A DNA stretch of 64,000 nucleotides from a candidate division WWE3 bacterium (lineage in GTDB: Bacteria > Patescibacteriota > 4484-211 > GCA-002791395), in contig JAAXWF010000003.1 in NCBI GenBank assembly GCA_013335095.1, positions 5,960 to 69,959 on the forward strand. Direction: 5' to 3'. Shown piece by piece: positions 1-8,757 of the stretch (position 1 is its first letter; each line of letters starts with the position of its first letter). Under the pieces are notes generated by a model. That model was not told the DNA's origin. It was given only the letters and a program-made list of their open reading frames with translations, and searched no databases. Both the position numbers and the translations under genes were made by a program.

Positions 1-1970
1 GCGCTGTAGCCAGGCACCCCGCGGTCGACCACCCGGGTGTCCACGATGATGTCGTGGTTCTTCGGATGGCGCTGCGTATAGGTGACTTTGACGTCGAACC
101 CGGCCTCGCTAAAGGCGCGGGGGATGACGATCACCTGGTGCTCGTTACGCAGCGGCACGTTGTACACCGGCGTCTCAGACGGGTTGCCGTCCGCGTCGAT
201 GTACTTGAACGCGAAGTCCGCGCTAAAGCTTGGGCCGCTCTCGGGGTTGCAGTGCATGCTGCCCCCGATGATCTCAATGACGTACCATTTGGCGATGTTG
301 CCGTCCTTGTTGACGGGCACCGCCCAGTCGAGCTGGCCATTCTGGACGTTGTACGGCCAGAAGTAGCGATTGTAGCAATCGCTACAAAGAGCCACGTCCA
401 GGCGCGGGTCCTGGCGGACTACCTCGGGCGTTGCCGACGGGGTCGGGGTCAGCTCTGTGCTGCCTCCGCAGTCCTCCGAGCCGCTGCCCGAGATGTCGCG
501 GGCAATGCCGTCATCGCCCGTCACCGTGCCGGTCCAGGAGAAGCTCGTCATCCCGACGAGCGTCCTTTCCCAGGGCAGGCTAACTACCCCCGAGCTCGTG
601 TTGAGGCTCAGGGTCGCCGTGATTGTGCCGGTGGCGTCTGTTGCCGTGACCGTCCCGGTCAGGCTGACGCCCTGCTCGATGGTCGCGCCGTAGACCTTAC
701 ACGTCGCGGTGATCTTACCGCTCCCCTGGTTGGGGGTCGACGTGCGGGTCGGGGTGGGCGTATTCGTCGGCGTGCTGGTCTCGGTGGGGGTGCCACCGCA
801 GACCAGATCCTTCTGCCCGACGACCTGTCGGGCGTTCCCCTGAAGCGGGGAGAAGGTTAGGTTCCACTCGATGTGGTGGGTGCTATTCAACGCCGTGGTG
901 AACGGCGTGTGATAGTCCCTCTCCTCATCGCCAGCGGTCTCGTTGACGGTGGCAACAATGTCGCCGTTGCTGGTGACGTTGCCGGTCAGCGTGCCGTTGC
1001 GGACTTTACCGAACAGTTCGGTGCAGTTCGCGTCGGCGGTCGCATTATCCGTCAGCGTGACGGTCGTCGCAGTCGGCGTATTCGTCGGCGTGGGCGTGTT
1101 GGTTGCCGTAGCCGTCGCTGTGGCCGGGGTGAAGCAGGGGTTGTGGACGTTGTACCAGTGGTACTCCGCCCGCTTGCCCCCCTTGGTCAGGGTGTCGAAC
1201 GCGGTGAACGTGATTTCACTCCAGACTGCCACGTCGGGCAGCTGGCTTTTCAGGATCTCCCACGTCCACGTATCCGTATTGAGCTCTTTGTGGAGCTCGT
1301 CGGTATTCCCGCTTACGGCCAGGAAGCCGTGCGGGTCGACCTCGCCATTCAGCACGAGACACACATCCGGTCCGGGCCCGGGGCGAAGCTCGCCGAAAAC
1401 GGGCCAGGCATCCATCAGCGTGGACGTCATGTTCACCAGCTGCTCGCCGTTGATGGCGAGCGAGAGGTGGACGACGTCCCCGTCGGACAGGCGGTTCAGC
1501 TTCTGGCTAAACGGCTTGTAACCGACGGAAACCGTCGCGGGCTTGAAGGTTATCGGCGTGCGGGCAAACTCGTTGCCCGTAGCCGACTTGACCACCCAGA
1601 TCGTGCCAGACACCTCGTCGGTGTCCTGGCAGTCACTGATGCTGGTCACTTCGAGCTCGACGTGCCGATCCCTGAACAGCCGGAGCATCAGGCCGACCTG
1701 GCAGGTCGGCTCGATCGACTGCACGCTAGGCGTGTTGTCGGCCGGCTTGGCTGGCACGGGCTCGGTGATCGTGATCGGCGTCTCTTTCGCAATCTCGTGC
1801 CCGCCCTGGGCGTAGGTGTTGGCCGCCGCAATGGCGGTCGCCTTCTGGGCGAGTTGGCCCGAGATGGGCAGGTTGGTGCCGCTGAGGGCCGCCGACGCGA
1901 AGGTGAAGATGGCCATCAAGGCCATCAGGGCCGCCATGATGGCGGCAAAGCGAGTTGATCGCTGCTTCAT
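1..1970 (-). CDS. Secreted multidomain protein with Thr/Pro-rich linkers; 3' end runs off the window (>656 aa)
   Basis: Not in the ORF track because it is open at the edge. I translated it by hand from ATG 1970 (AAGGAG upstream): MKQRSTRFAAIMAALMALMAIFTFASAALSG... with no stop down to base 1. It has a signal peptide, TATATNTPTPTNTPT and TSTPTNTPTPTRTSTP linkers, Cys-bracketed beta-rich domains and strong GC3 bias. Confidence 0.85.
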   Translation of the reverse strand, partial: MKQRSTRFAAIMAALMALMAIFTFASAALSGTNLPISGQLAQKATAIAAANTYAQGGHEIAKETPITITEPVPAKPADNTPSVQSIEPTCQVGLMLRLFRDRHVELEVTSISDCQDTDEVSGTIWVVKSATGNEFARTPITFKPATVSVGYKPFSQKLNRLSDGDVVHLSLAINGEQLVNMTSTLMDAWPVFGELRPGPGPDVCLVLNGEVDPHGFLAVSGNTDELHKELNTDTWTWEILKSQLPDVAVWSEITFTAFDTLTKGGKRAEYHWYNVHNPCFTPATATATATNTPTPTNTPTATTVTLTDNATADANCTELFGKVRNGTLTGNVTSNGDIVATVNETAGDEERDYHTPFTTALNSTHHIEWNLTFSPLQGNARQVVGQKDLVCGGTPTETSTPTNTPTPTRTSTPNQGSGKITATCKVYGATIEQGVSLTGTVTATDATGTITATLSLNTSSGVVSLPWERTLVGMTSFSWTGTVTGDDGIARDISGSGSEDCGGSTELTPTPSATPEVVRQDPRLDVALCSDCYNRYFWPYNVQNGQLDWAVPVNKDGNIAKWYVIEIIGGSMHCNPESGPSFSADFAFKYIDADGNPSETPVYNVPLRNEHQVIVIPRAFSEAGFDVKVTYTQRHPKNHDIIVDTRVVDRGVPGYS

Positions 1971-2090
1971 ACGAGCACGTCTCCTTGAAGTCTAAGCTAT
2001 TCCGACTTGTGAACGTACGACGCGAGACTTTCCTGCATTTCTGCAGGTGGACGAATAGCCTTATAGGCATTCTCCTTTTTCAACGCTTAA

Positions 2091-2146
2091 CATAGCGGAC
2101 TCAGGGTGTGTACCACTGAGTGATTCACACCCATAAGCCCACTATG
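2091..2146 (-). other. Long imperfect RNA hairpin in the leader of the 1..1970 gene
   Basis: Minus strand CATAGTGGGCTTA-T-GGGTGTG-AATCAC-TCA-GTGGTA-CACACCC-TGAGTCCGCTATG. The irregular pairs are mostly G-U wobbles on this strand. Confidence 0.65.
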
Positions 2147-2170
2147 AAAGGTTGATAAACATAGATTGGA

Positions 2171-2287
2171 TTGTTAAGGTGCATGCTTGGCATGAAAGCC
2201 TAAGCAACACACAAAACAGTGAGTTATCCAGTCGGTTTATTTACCTTCTGGATAGCTTTATTATACCCTATAGTAACCAAGGTTCAA
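2171..2287 (-). promoter_or_regulatory. Sigma70-type promoter followed by hairpins and a boxA-like element
   Basis: TTGAAC (2287-2282), 16 bp, TATAAT (2265-2260). Then a 5' hairpin AGCTATCCAG...CTGGATAACT, then GTGTGT-hairpin-GCACCTTAACAA (2212-2171). Confidence 0.6.
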
Positions 2288-2388
2288 GTCCTATATTAAA
2301 TGATATGTGCTGTAATATCGCGTGGAAATAATAACACATTGTATATAGATTTATCGGAGTGAGTAAAATCGTTATACAACGTTTATGC

Positions 2389-2424
2389 AAAAAAAGGGGG
2401 TGATGGCTTGATAGCCACCACCCC
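2389..2424 (-). terminator. Intrinsic terminator after the sortase gene
   Basis: GGGGTGGTGGCT-ATCA-AGCCATCACCCC followed by C and a T7 run on the minus strand. Confidence 0.8.
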
Positions 2425-2492
2425 GGTTTATGGGTACCACCTCATTGTGGTTAATTTCCGCCTTCTGGGGCGGTATCCGTTTTTGTCGTCAC

Positions 2493-3230
2493 TTAGTGAA
2501 CAATCACCGCATCCACCACCCGCGTGTGCGTGTAGTGGTCGATGATCCCGTTGACGATGATGGCGGTGCCATCACACGTCACAAGTCGTGCATCAACTCC
2601 CGACACCGGGGTGTTGAGCTCAGCGTACTGCTGGCCTCCACCCGGAATCTGGGTCGATGCAATAACTTGCAGGACTGTGGGGCAGTCCTGATCCCGCTGC
2701 CAGTATTCGAACTGATCACCCACCGCGAGGCGAGCGATCTTGCCGAACGGCGCGGGAATCGCCGCGGCATTCCGATACCGAGCGACATGACCACGGAACA
2801 CGGTGGTCGTGCCGCTACCGAAAATCCCGGTCGTAATGTCGATCATCGCGTCATGGCGAGGCGTCGACATCACCGTCCCGGTTACCACCCATGTGGCGTG
2901 GCCGAGACTCGGGAACGAGAGCATCCCGACGACATTGTCGGGAATCTCGCTCCACCTGACTGGGTTTACACATCGCGGAGCTACTGCGGCCTCGGGGACG
3001 TCCTTGTCCTCCTTGGTCGTGGTAACTATCTCCGGTACCGGGAGGTTTGATCTCCAAGGTTCCGGAGTGATTTGGGGCGGGAGGCCCGGGTCTGCCTGCA
3101 GTCCGTCTGCGGCAGGAACCGAAACCGCCGTTGGCGTAGTGTCGTTACCAAGGAGTGCTGGACGCCCGAAGGCGAGAACCAGCACCCCAAGGATGACACA
3201 CGCCAGCGCGAGGCCGCGCTGGATGTTCAT
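2493..3230 (-). CDS. Sortase, class F-like
   Basis: N-terminal TM and Pro-rich stalk; LSFPSLG; TTVFRGHV (catalytic His); F..IARLAVGD; RLVTCDG (catalytic Cys); YTHTRVVDA. GGAGGT SD, and the start abuts the upstream stop (TAAATG). Confidence 0.8.
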   Translation of the reverse strand: MNIQRGLALACVILGVLVLAFGRPALLGNDTTPTAVSVPAADGLQADPGLPPQITPEPWRSNLPVPEIVTTTKEDKDVPEAAVAPRCVNPVRWSEIPDNVVGMLSFPSLGHATWVVTGTVMSTPRHDAMIDITTGIFGSGTTTVFRGHVARYRNAAAIPAPFGKIARLAVGDQFEYWQRDQDCPTVLQVIASTQIPGGGQQYAELNTPVSGVDARLVTCDGTAIIVNGIIDHYTHTRVVDAVIVH

Positions 3231-5021
3231 TTACTCCACCTCCACCTGGGAGGTGACCTGCGTCTTGCGGCGTGGCCACATCAGGACGATGGCGAAGGTG
3301 AACAGGATCAGCGCTAAGAGCTCGCGCATGCCGGTAATCGATTTCGACGGCACCCTTGCCGCCTCAACCCGAACGAGGAGCTTCATCGCATCCTCGTCGG
3401 ACAGCTCTCCGGCTTCCGGTGTCCCCGTCAGTGTGGGCGGGGGAGTGTTGGTAGCCGTGGGAGTGTTGGTGTTGGTCGGTGTCGTGGTGACCGTAGCCGT
3501 ATTGACCGGCGTATTGGTCACCGTGGGCGTGTTGGAAGGTGTCGCCGTGTTGGTCGGCGTCGTGGTTGTACCTGTGTTTGTCGTGCTCGACGGAGTCGGG
3601 GTGGGCGGGACCTTGCGGGTCCAGCTCCCCTCGTTCGAGGAGCAATCATTAACCAGGTTAACTCGGACGCCGATGGTCGGCGCACCGTCCACTACCGGCC
3701 AGGTGTTAACTGGCGGATAGTTGATTACGATGCGCTCGCTGTTCGACGCAAGCCTTCCGGTGGCAACCATCGGGCTGCCGTCCGAAAGGGTGAGAGTGAC
3801 ACCTGTACCAGGGTTGTAGAAGGTCACGGTGTACGTGACCGGCGCGCCCTGGGTTAGGGTCACTACGTCGGTGTCATTGCCGTCCCGGCTCGCCGCGTAC
3901 TGCGGCTGAATCACCGGGCAGGCGACAGCGGTCGCTGTGGTCGATGTCGTCGTTGGCGTATTCGTGTTGGTCGGCGTATTCGTCGGCGTTGACGTCCCGG
4001 TGGGCGTCGGAGTCGACGTATTGGTCGGCGTGCTAGTCTGGGTCTGAGTTGGGGTGAGTGTGGGCAGAGGTGCGCTATAGCAGTCTGCGCCACCGCTACC
4101 GTTCCCTCCATTGGCCCAGTTGATCCAGGCGTCGAACGCCTTCAGTTGGCCGATTCTCTGCCAGCGCCACCAGGTGGCGCCATCCAGTACCACGGTGGTA
4201 AAGTCCGCGGCGCTGAGTGACAGCGTCTGGGTGACGTCGTCGGTACCGACCACGAGCGCCTGAGCCGAAACTGGCTCTAGGCTGCTCCACAACGACAGTG
4301 TCGCGGTGAGGGTTGTTGTCCCCCCAACGATACCTGTCTCTGTGGTGCACGCTGCCCGTACCGTACCCGCCACCGGAGTGGCGGTGTTGGTCGGGGTCGA
4401 CGTGTTGGTCGGCGTATCGGTGATCGTCGGTGTAAGCGTGGCCGGACGCGGTGTGCGCGTCGGCCGAGGCGTGTTGGTCGGTGTGTTGGTTGGCGACGGA
4501 CCGGACGTTCCGGTCGGCGTCGCTGTCCGAGTTGGCCGCGGCGTGTTGGTGGGACCCTGCGTGAGGGTCGCCGACGCCGTTGCCGTCTCGGTCGGAATGC
4601 TGGTGTCGGTCGGCGTGGCGGTGTTGGCCGGTGTCGAGCTGGGAAGCGGGGTCGGGCTGGGGTTTGAGGCCCCACACCGAGCGCCACCGCTCCAGTTCGA
4701 GAGGCCGATCTGTTCCGGGTAGACAATCGTCGCGGTGAAGCTGACGATGTCGCCGGTGAGCGACCAGTTGCCGACGTCGGCGGTCACCGTCTCGCTGTGC
4801 CCGTCGGCGTAGACCACCACGATGGTGGCGGTGCCGACCGGGTTCGAGCTAAGGCTGACCGTCGAGTTCCCCGGCTGATAGGCGCACTGGGCGCCGCGAA
4901 CCGGGTTGACGGACGACTGGCCAAAGGCCAGGTGGATCGACGCGGTAAACATAACCAGGGCCAAGATGCCCCGGATCCAGCTTTTCGCCGCAAGGCGGCG
5001 AAGGTTGTTGAGCGTAATCAC
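3231..5021 (-). CDS. Thr/Pro-rich cell-surface protein, probable sortase substrate
   Basis: GTG start with AAGGAG SD; signal peptide; three Cys-bracketed domains separated by TPTNTPT linkers; C-terminal VPSKSITG + hydrophobic helix + RRK. Confidence 0.85.
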   Translation of the reverse strand: MITLNNLRRLAAKSWIRGILALVMFTASIHLAFGQSSVNPVRGAQCAYQPGNSTVSLSSNPVGTATIVVVYADGHSETVTADVGNWSLTGDIVSFTATIVYPEQIGLSNWSGGARCGASNPSPTPLPSSTPANTATPTDTSIPTETATASATLTQGPTNTPRPTRTATPTGTSGPSPTNTPTNTPRPTRTPRPATLTPTITDTPTNTSTPTNTATPVAGTVRAACTTETGIVGGTTTLTATLSLWSSLEPVSAQALVVGTDDVTQTLSLSAADFTTVVLDGATWWRWQRIGQLKAFDAWINWANGGNGSGGADCYSAPLPTLTPTQTQTSTPTNTSTPTPTGTSTPTNTPTNTNTPTTTSTTATAVACPVIQPQYAASRDGNDTDVVTLTQGAPVTYTVTFYNPGTGVTLTLSDGSPMVATGRLASNSERIVINYPPVNTWPVVDGAPTIGVRVNLVNDCSSNEGSWTRKVPPTPTPSSTTNTGTTTTPTNTATPSNTPTVTNTPVNTATVTTTPTNTNTPTATNTPPPTLTGTPEAGELSDEDAMKLLVRVEAARVPSKSITGMRELLALILFTFAIVLMWPRRKTQVTSQVEVE

Positions 5022-5113
5022 TGCGCTCTCCTTTTTGCTGTTGACCGATCATCCGAATCGAACTTGGACGAATTACGATGTGTAATCGATAAGTTTTCCT
5101 TTCACTAAGTGGC

Positions 5114-5225
5114 TTGTTAATGTGCGACCGGCTTAGGGCCGGACACACCCTGATTCTGCGAATCAGGAGATAGCCACCTGCGTGGTTATCTAGTTTAATT
5201 GTATTACTATAGGATTGACGATCAA
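5114..5225 (-). promoter_or_regulatory. Sigma70-type promoter followed by three hairpins and a boxA-like element
   Basis: TTGATC (5225-5220), 16 bp, TACAAT (5203-5198). Hairpins AGATAACCAC-GCAG-GTGGCTATCT and CCTGATTC-GCA-GAATCAGG, then GTGTGT-CCGGC/GCCGG-GCACATTAACAA (5148-5114). Confidence 0.6.
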
Positions 5226-5260
5226 GCTGTTTAGATCGATATTATGGGTAAAATACTATG

Positions 5261-5974
5261 TTAGCGATTGATATAGTTACCATATTTATAGGTAACTGCG
5301 TTGGCCTGTTTAAAGCGTCCCAGCGCGAAAAATACTGATAGTTTAAGATAAAGTAAAAAAGTGTTATACACACCGTCGCGTCGAAATCTTCGATCTGAAA
5401 CATGGACAGAAGCTTTCAGTGTGCGATATCTGTGTCTTTTGCCTACTCGTCTGATGAATTCAATGTCTTCGTACAGCATTGCGGTATCAAAGCCGGTGTG
5501 GTCATGGAAAATGTCTCGGTAAATAATGAATGCCATTCCCGCACCCGAAGGGACGATCTTTGAAGTATGTTTAAAAATGGTGTTAAAGATCTGATAGATA
5601 CGTTTTATGGTTAGACTGGTGGTCAGCGGTATGAATGTTGGGCAGGCAGCATGTAAGTGTCTTTTTGTAAATTCATCTATAAGTTCTTGGTACTGTTTGG
5701 GAGATACTCGACTATCTGCATCGAGGAATAACAAGATCTCTCCAGTGGCGATGTCTGCCCCTTTGTTTCGTTGTCGAGCTATACCTGGCTGCTCTTGGAG
5801 CATGACGACTGAAGGATAAGATAAAAGAAGCTCTCGCGAGCGATCGGTTGATCCGCCGTCTACAACTATTATTTCATGAATATGATCAGTTGACGCTAGT
5901 AAATCATCAAGCAAGTCGGGAAAGACATGTTCTTCATTTAATACCGGAATAATTATCGATACCGTAGGTTTCAT
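5261..5974 (-). CDS. GT2 glycosyltransferase, possibly a carotenoid glycosyltransferase
   Basis: SIIIPVLNEE, VVDGGSTD, LFLDAD, ED and SDRRF motifs; ATGA overlap with the upstream prenyltransferase. Confidence 0.85.
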   Translation of the reverse strand: MKPTVSIIIPVLNEEHVFPDLLDDLLASTDHIHEIIVVDGGSTDRSRELLLSYPSVVMLQEQPGIARQRNKGADIATGEILLFLDADSRVSPKQYQELIDEFTKRHLHAACPTFIPLTTSLTIKRIYQIFNTIFKHTSKIVPSGAGMAFIIYRDIFHDHTGFDTAMLYEDIEFIRRVGKRHRYRTLKASVHVSDRRFRRDGVYNTFLLYLKLSVFFALGRFKQANAVTYKYGNYINR

Positions 5975-6822
5975 ATTGGTTTCGTGCTAATAATAACAAA
6001 AAATAATATTGCGCCGATACTACTGTTTATATAGGGAAAAAGTTGATATGTGCGGAAAATATATTCTACTCGTTGAAATAACAACCAAAACATAGTAATT
6101 GGATAGACCCACATGAAGATACTAAAAGGGAAAAAGTCGGGTTTGAATGAGAGAAACAGGGCTGGAGCTAACCATAATAATCCGCAGGTTAATAGTGCTA
6201 TTCGAGGTCCAAGCAATACGGCTGAAGTATCTAGGTGCGCGGATTTATCGGCCTGAATATCTGGTATTGCTGAAAATAGATGCATAGCCATTGTCCAGCA
6301 GCAACAAACAGCAATTATTACACCGGGAACCGTGTTGTCAGAGGATAATGTATAGCCAAAGAACCCCGGTAGCGCATACAATATATTTGATAAAGAATCG
6401 AACACTGGCGTCGCCTTAAAGCGTACCGGTGGTGCGCTATATAATACACTTAGCATATTAAATCCAACCATCAAGAACTGAAGTTGCCTTGATGGAGCGA
6501 TCAGCGCGATTCCTAATCCGACAACACCGCTAATGATACTCATCATTTTAATAGTTTTGTGATGCGATTCAGATACCCGCTTTTCGTAGCTGAGTTTCTT
6601 GGGATTACGTGAGTCCGTATCTGAGTCATATAAATCATTAACTCCATATAAAAGACAATTTGCTACGATAAGAAAATAGATTGCATAAGCAAAAAAGTAA
6701 TTAGTAAAGAAATCGGTCCAATGACTAATTCCGCATGCATATCCTATTAAGTATGGCCCGATTAAATACATCCAGAAGCGCGGACGTGAAAAGTTAAGTA
6801 AAGCGATAATCCTATGTATCAT
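5971..6822 (-). CDS. crtEb: UbiA-family prenyltransferase, lycopene elongase (CrtEb/LyeJ type)
   Basis: SRPRFWMY, YGVNDLYD..TD..NPKK, YSAPPVRFK, MAMHLFSAIPDI.AD motifs; located in a crt cluster. Confidence 0.8.
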   Translation of the reverse strand: MIHRIIALLNFSRPRFWMYLIGPYLIGYACGISHWTDFFTNYFFAYAIYFLIVANCLLYGVNDLYDSDTDSRNPKKLSYEKRVSESHHKTIKMMSIISGVVGLGIALIAPSRQLQFLMVGFNMLSVLYSAPPVRFKATPVFDSLSNILYALPGFFGYTLSSDNTVPGVIIAVCCCWTMAMHLFSAIPDIQADKSAHLDTSAVLLGPRIALLTCGLLWLAPALFLSFKPDFFPFSIFMWVYPITMFWLLFQRVEYIFRTYQLFPYINSSIGAILFFVIISTKPI

Positions 6823-6871
6823 ATCGTCATTATATCTTTGCGGTTAGAAACAAAACTGTTAAAATCGCGGT

Positions 6872-7948
6872 ATGGCAGAGAATGTCGGCTTATCGTTTCT
6901 TCAGGATTACGCGGTGAAAACTGACCCATTGTTTGAAAAATACCTCCATCAAAAAATTGAGCAAGCCCAGGAAATCAGCAAGATACCAGGCGAATTACTT
7001 CGTCGTTTCTTAGAAATGGGACGTAAAGGTAAGAAAATACGGGGAGCATTAACTGTTTTGGGTTATCAGGCGGTCGGAGGACGTGATCTCGAAGCTATTT
7101 TTGATGCTAGTTTATTTTTAGAGCTTTTCCATGCCGGAGTCTTAGTACATGATGACATTATGGATCAGGATGATTTGAGACGGGGATTACCGACGCTTCA
7201 TGTCCAATTTGCAGAAGTCGGTACAGCATTACATGTTCATCCGAATCCCTCGCATTATGGCTATTCTATGGCAGTAAACGCGGGAGATGCTGCTTTTTAT
7301 CTCTCGTGGGAAAAACTGATGCAAAGTCATTTTGATCCAGATCGATTAATCGACGTTGGGCAAATCTACGCTGATTACGTCATTCGAGTCGTACATGGAC
7401 AAGTGCTTGATATTACCGACTCATCGATGGGAAGTATTACTCAGGAGGACGTGATGAAGGTTCGACAATATAAGACCGTTGAATATACTGGTGTGCTCCC
7501 TCTACTCGTTGGCGCAGCATTCGCTGGACCGGTATCGAAACCTCTTCATGATGCGATTCAACAGTATGGGAATGCACTAGGCTGGGCGTTTCAAATTCAG
7601 GATGATCTACTCGGGATCTTTGGTGATACCGATACGATGGGCAAACCTACTGGATCGGATATCCGTGAAGGTAAACAAACCCTACTAGTGCTACACGTGA
7701 TGGAACATGGTAATAAAGACCAGAAGGCTTTTTTACGACATGTTTTGGGCAATCAATCAATCACGCCGGCAGAGATAGATCAAACGCTCGAATTGTTTAA
7801 ACAGACCGGAGCGTATGATGTGGTGATTAAGCGTGGTTGGGATTATGTTAAGCAGGGAGCTGACGTTATACCTCACATAACTTCGGATGCTAAGATCCAG
7901 GAGATATTGAATGGATTGATTAACTACATGATGGAACGGGTCAAGTAG
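6872..7948 (+). CDS. crtE: Polyprenyl (geranylgeranyl) diphosphate synthase
   Basis: GKKIRG, LVHDDIMDQDDLRRG (FARM), FQIQDDLLG (SARM), GSDIREGK. Confidence 0.9.
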   Translation: MAENVGLSFLQDYAVKTDPLFEKYLHQKIEQAQEISKIPGELLRRFLEMGRKGKKIRGALTVLGYQAVGGRDLEAIFDASLFLELFHAGVLVHDDIMDQDDLRRGLPTLHVQFAEVGTALHVHPNPSHYGYSMAVNAGDAAFYLSWEKLMQSHFDPDRLIDVGQIYADYVIRVVHGQVLDITDSSMGSITQEDVMKVRQYKTVEYTGVLPLLVGAAFAGPVSKPLHDAIQQYGNALGWAFQIQDDLLGIFGDTDTMGKPTGSDIREGKQTLLVLHVMEHGNKDQKAFLRHVLGNQSITPAEIDQTLELFKQTGAYDVVIKRGWDYVKQGADVIPHITSDAKIQEILNGLINYMMERVK

Positions 7949-8757
7949 TTTTGTATTCCCTTACTTAAAATTCGAGTAGGAGAAGGTTTTATCTTTTTGA
8001 CAAAAACAATCAGGGGATCTTTGTAAATTTGATCGGCTGTCCAGCGGTACATATCATTTGCGGTTTGGATTGGACCCTGATATCTATTCGGAATATAGGT
8101 GAATCCCGTACGTGCTTTCTCTTCCCATGACCAATACAGTTCTATTTGTTTTTTTATACATGAGACAAAAGCTTCTTTATGTCGTGAGGTGTGCTCGTAC
8201 GATAAATCGGTAAGAGAAAATTCATCAAGCTGTTCTTGAGGAATATACTGACGACCAAAAGAATTATCTTCAGTAATATCTCGAATGAAGTTAATATATT
8301 GCATCGATTTTCCAAGTAATTGGGCCGTCGAATAGCTTTCTTCTGGCAATTTCATCATTTTTGCCATCATTAACCCGATCACTTCAGCTGATCCATACAT
8401 GTACATATCTAATTGTTCAAGTGTCTCATATTTTTTTATGGTTAAATCTGCTTCCATTGCGGCTATAAATGCATCCGGCCAGTCATAGGGGAATTGGTGC
8501 TTTATTGATAGCGCGTGGAATGATCGGATTACTTCGGACGAGCTGGGCTTGCCATTCCGATGTTCATAATATTCGTATTTAAATTGATTAAATACATTTT
8601 TCTGCTGCGGAATGGTGTCTACAAAGTTATCCACCGTACGCACAAAACTGTACAACACAAATACGTCATCTCGTAGCAATGGTGGGAAAAAAATGCTACT
8701 AAAAAAATATGTTCGGCTTCCGTTAAAAAAAATTCGACTGAGATTTGCACTAATCAT
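7924..8757 (-). CDS. crtB: Phytoene synthase
   Basis: GSRTYFFSS, LYSFVRTVDNFVD, YMYGSAEVIG, QYINFIRDI.ED..GRQYIP. Start placed at ATG 8757, overlapping the crtI stop. Confidence 0.92.
   Translation of the reverse strand: MISANLSRIFFNGSRTYFFSSIFFPPLLRDDVFVLYSFVRTVDNFVDTIPQQKNVFNQFKYEYYEHRNGKPSSSEVIRSFHALSIKHQFPYDWPDAFIAAMEADLTIKKYETLEQLDMYMYGSAEVIGLMMAKMMKLPEESYSTAQLLGKSMQYINFIRDITEDNSFGRQYIPQEQLDEFSLTDLSYEHTSRHKEAFVSCIKKQIELYWSWEEKARTGFTYIPNRYQGPIQTANDMYRWTADQIYKDPLIVFVKKIKPSPTRILSKGIQNYLTRSIM

Noticed and set aside
54-1958. Long plus-strand ORFs (54..860, 873..1958, 943..1521 and others)
   Set aside because: Antisense shadows of the high-GC minus-strand gene; VGV-rich or Arg-rich translations mirror its codons.
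1994-2061. c-di-GMP riboswitch or hammerhead ribozyme
   Set aside because: A GAAA-capped stem is present, but the GGCAAAC/GACGCAAA and CUGAUGA core motifs are absent. Kept only as an unknown structure.
1726-2070. 114-aa ORF with AAGGAG upstream, as a possible leader peptide
   Set aside because: The SD is only 1 nt from the ATG, the ORF overlaps the real gene out of frame, and the composition is not protein-like. Not fully excluded.
3420-4660. Recurring gtgttggtcggcgt-like repeats as a CRISPR array or DNA repeat element
   Set aside because: They are degenerate codon repeats for TPTNT linkers, with no constant repeat-spacer period and no cas genes.
2430-5148. Overlapping alternative ORFs (2430..3050, 2803..3720, 4096..4677, 4306..4722 and others)
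   Set aside because: Off-frame or antisense products of GC-rich, repetitive coding DNA; the sortase and PT-protein frames have the motifs and SDs.
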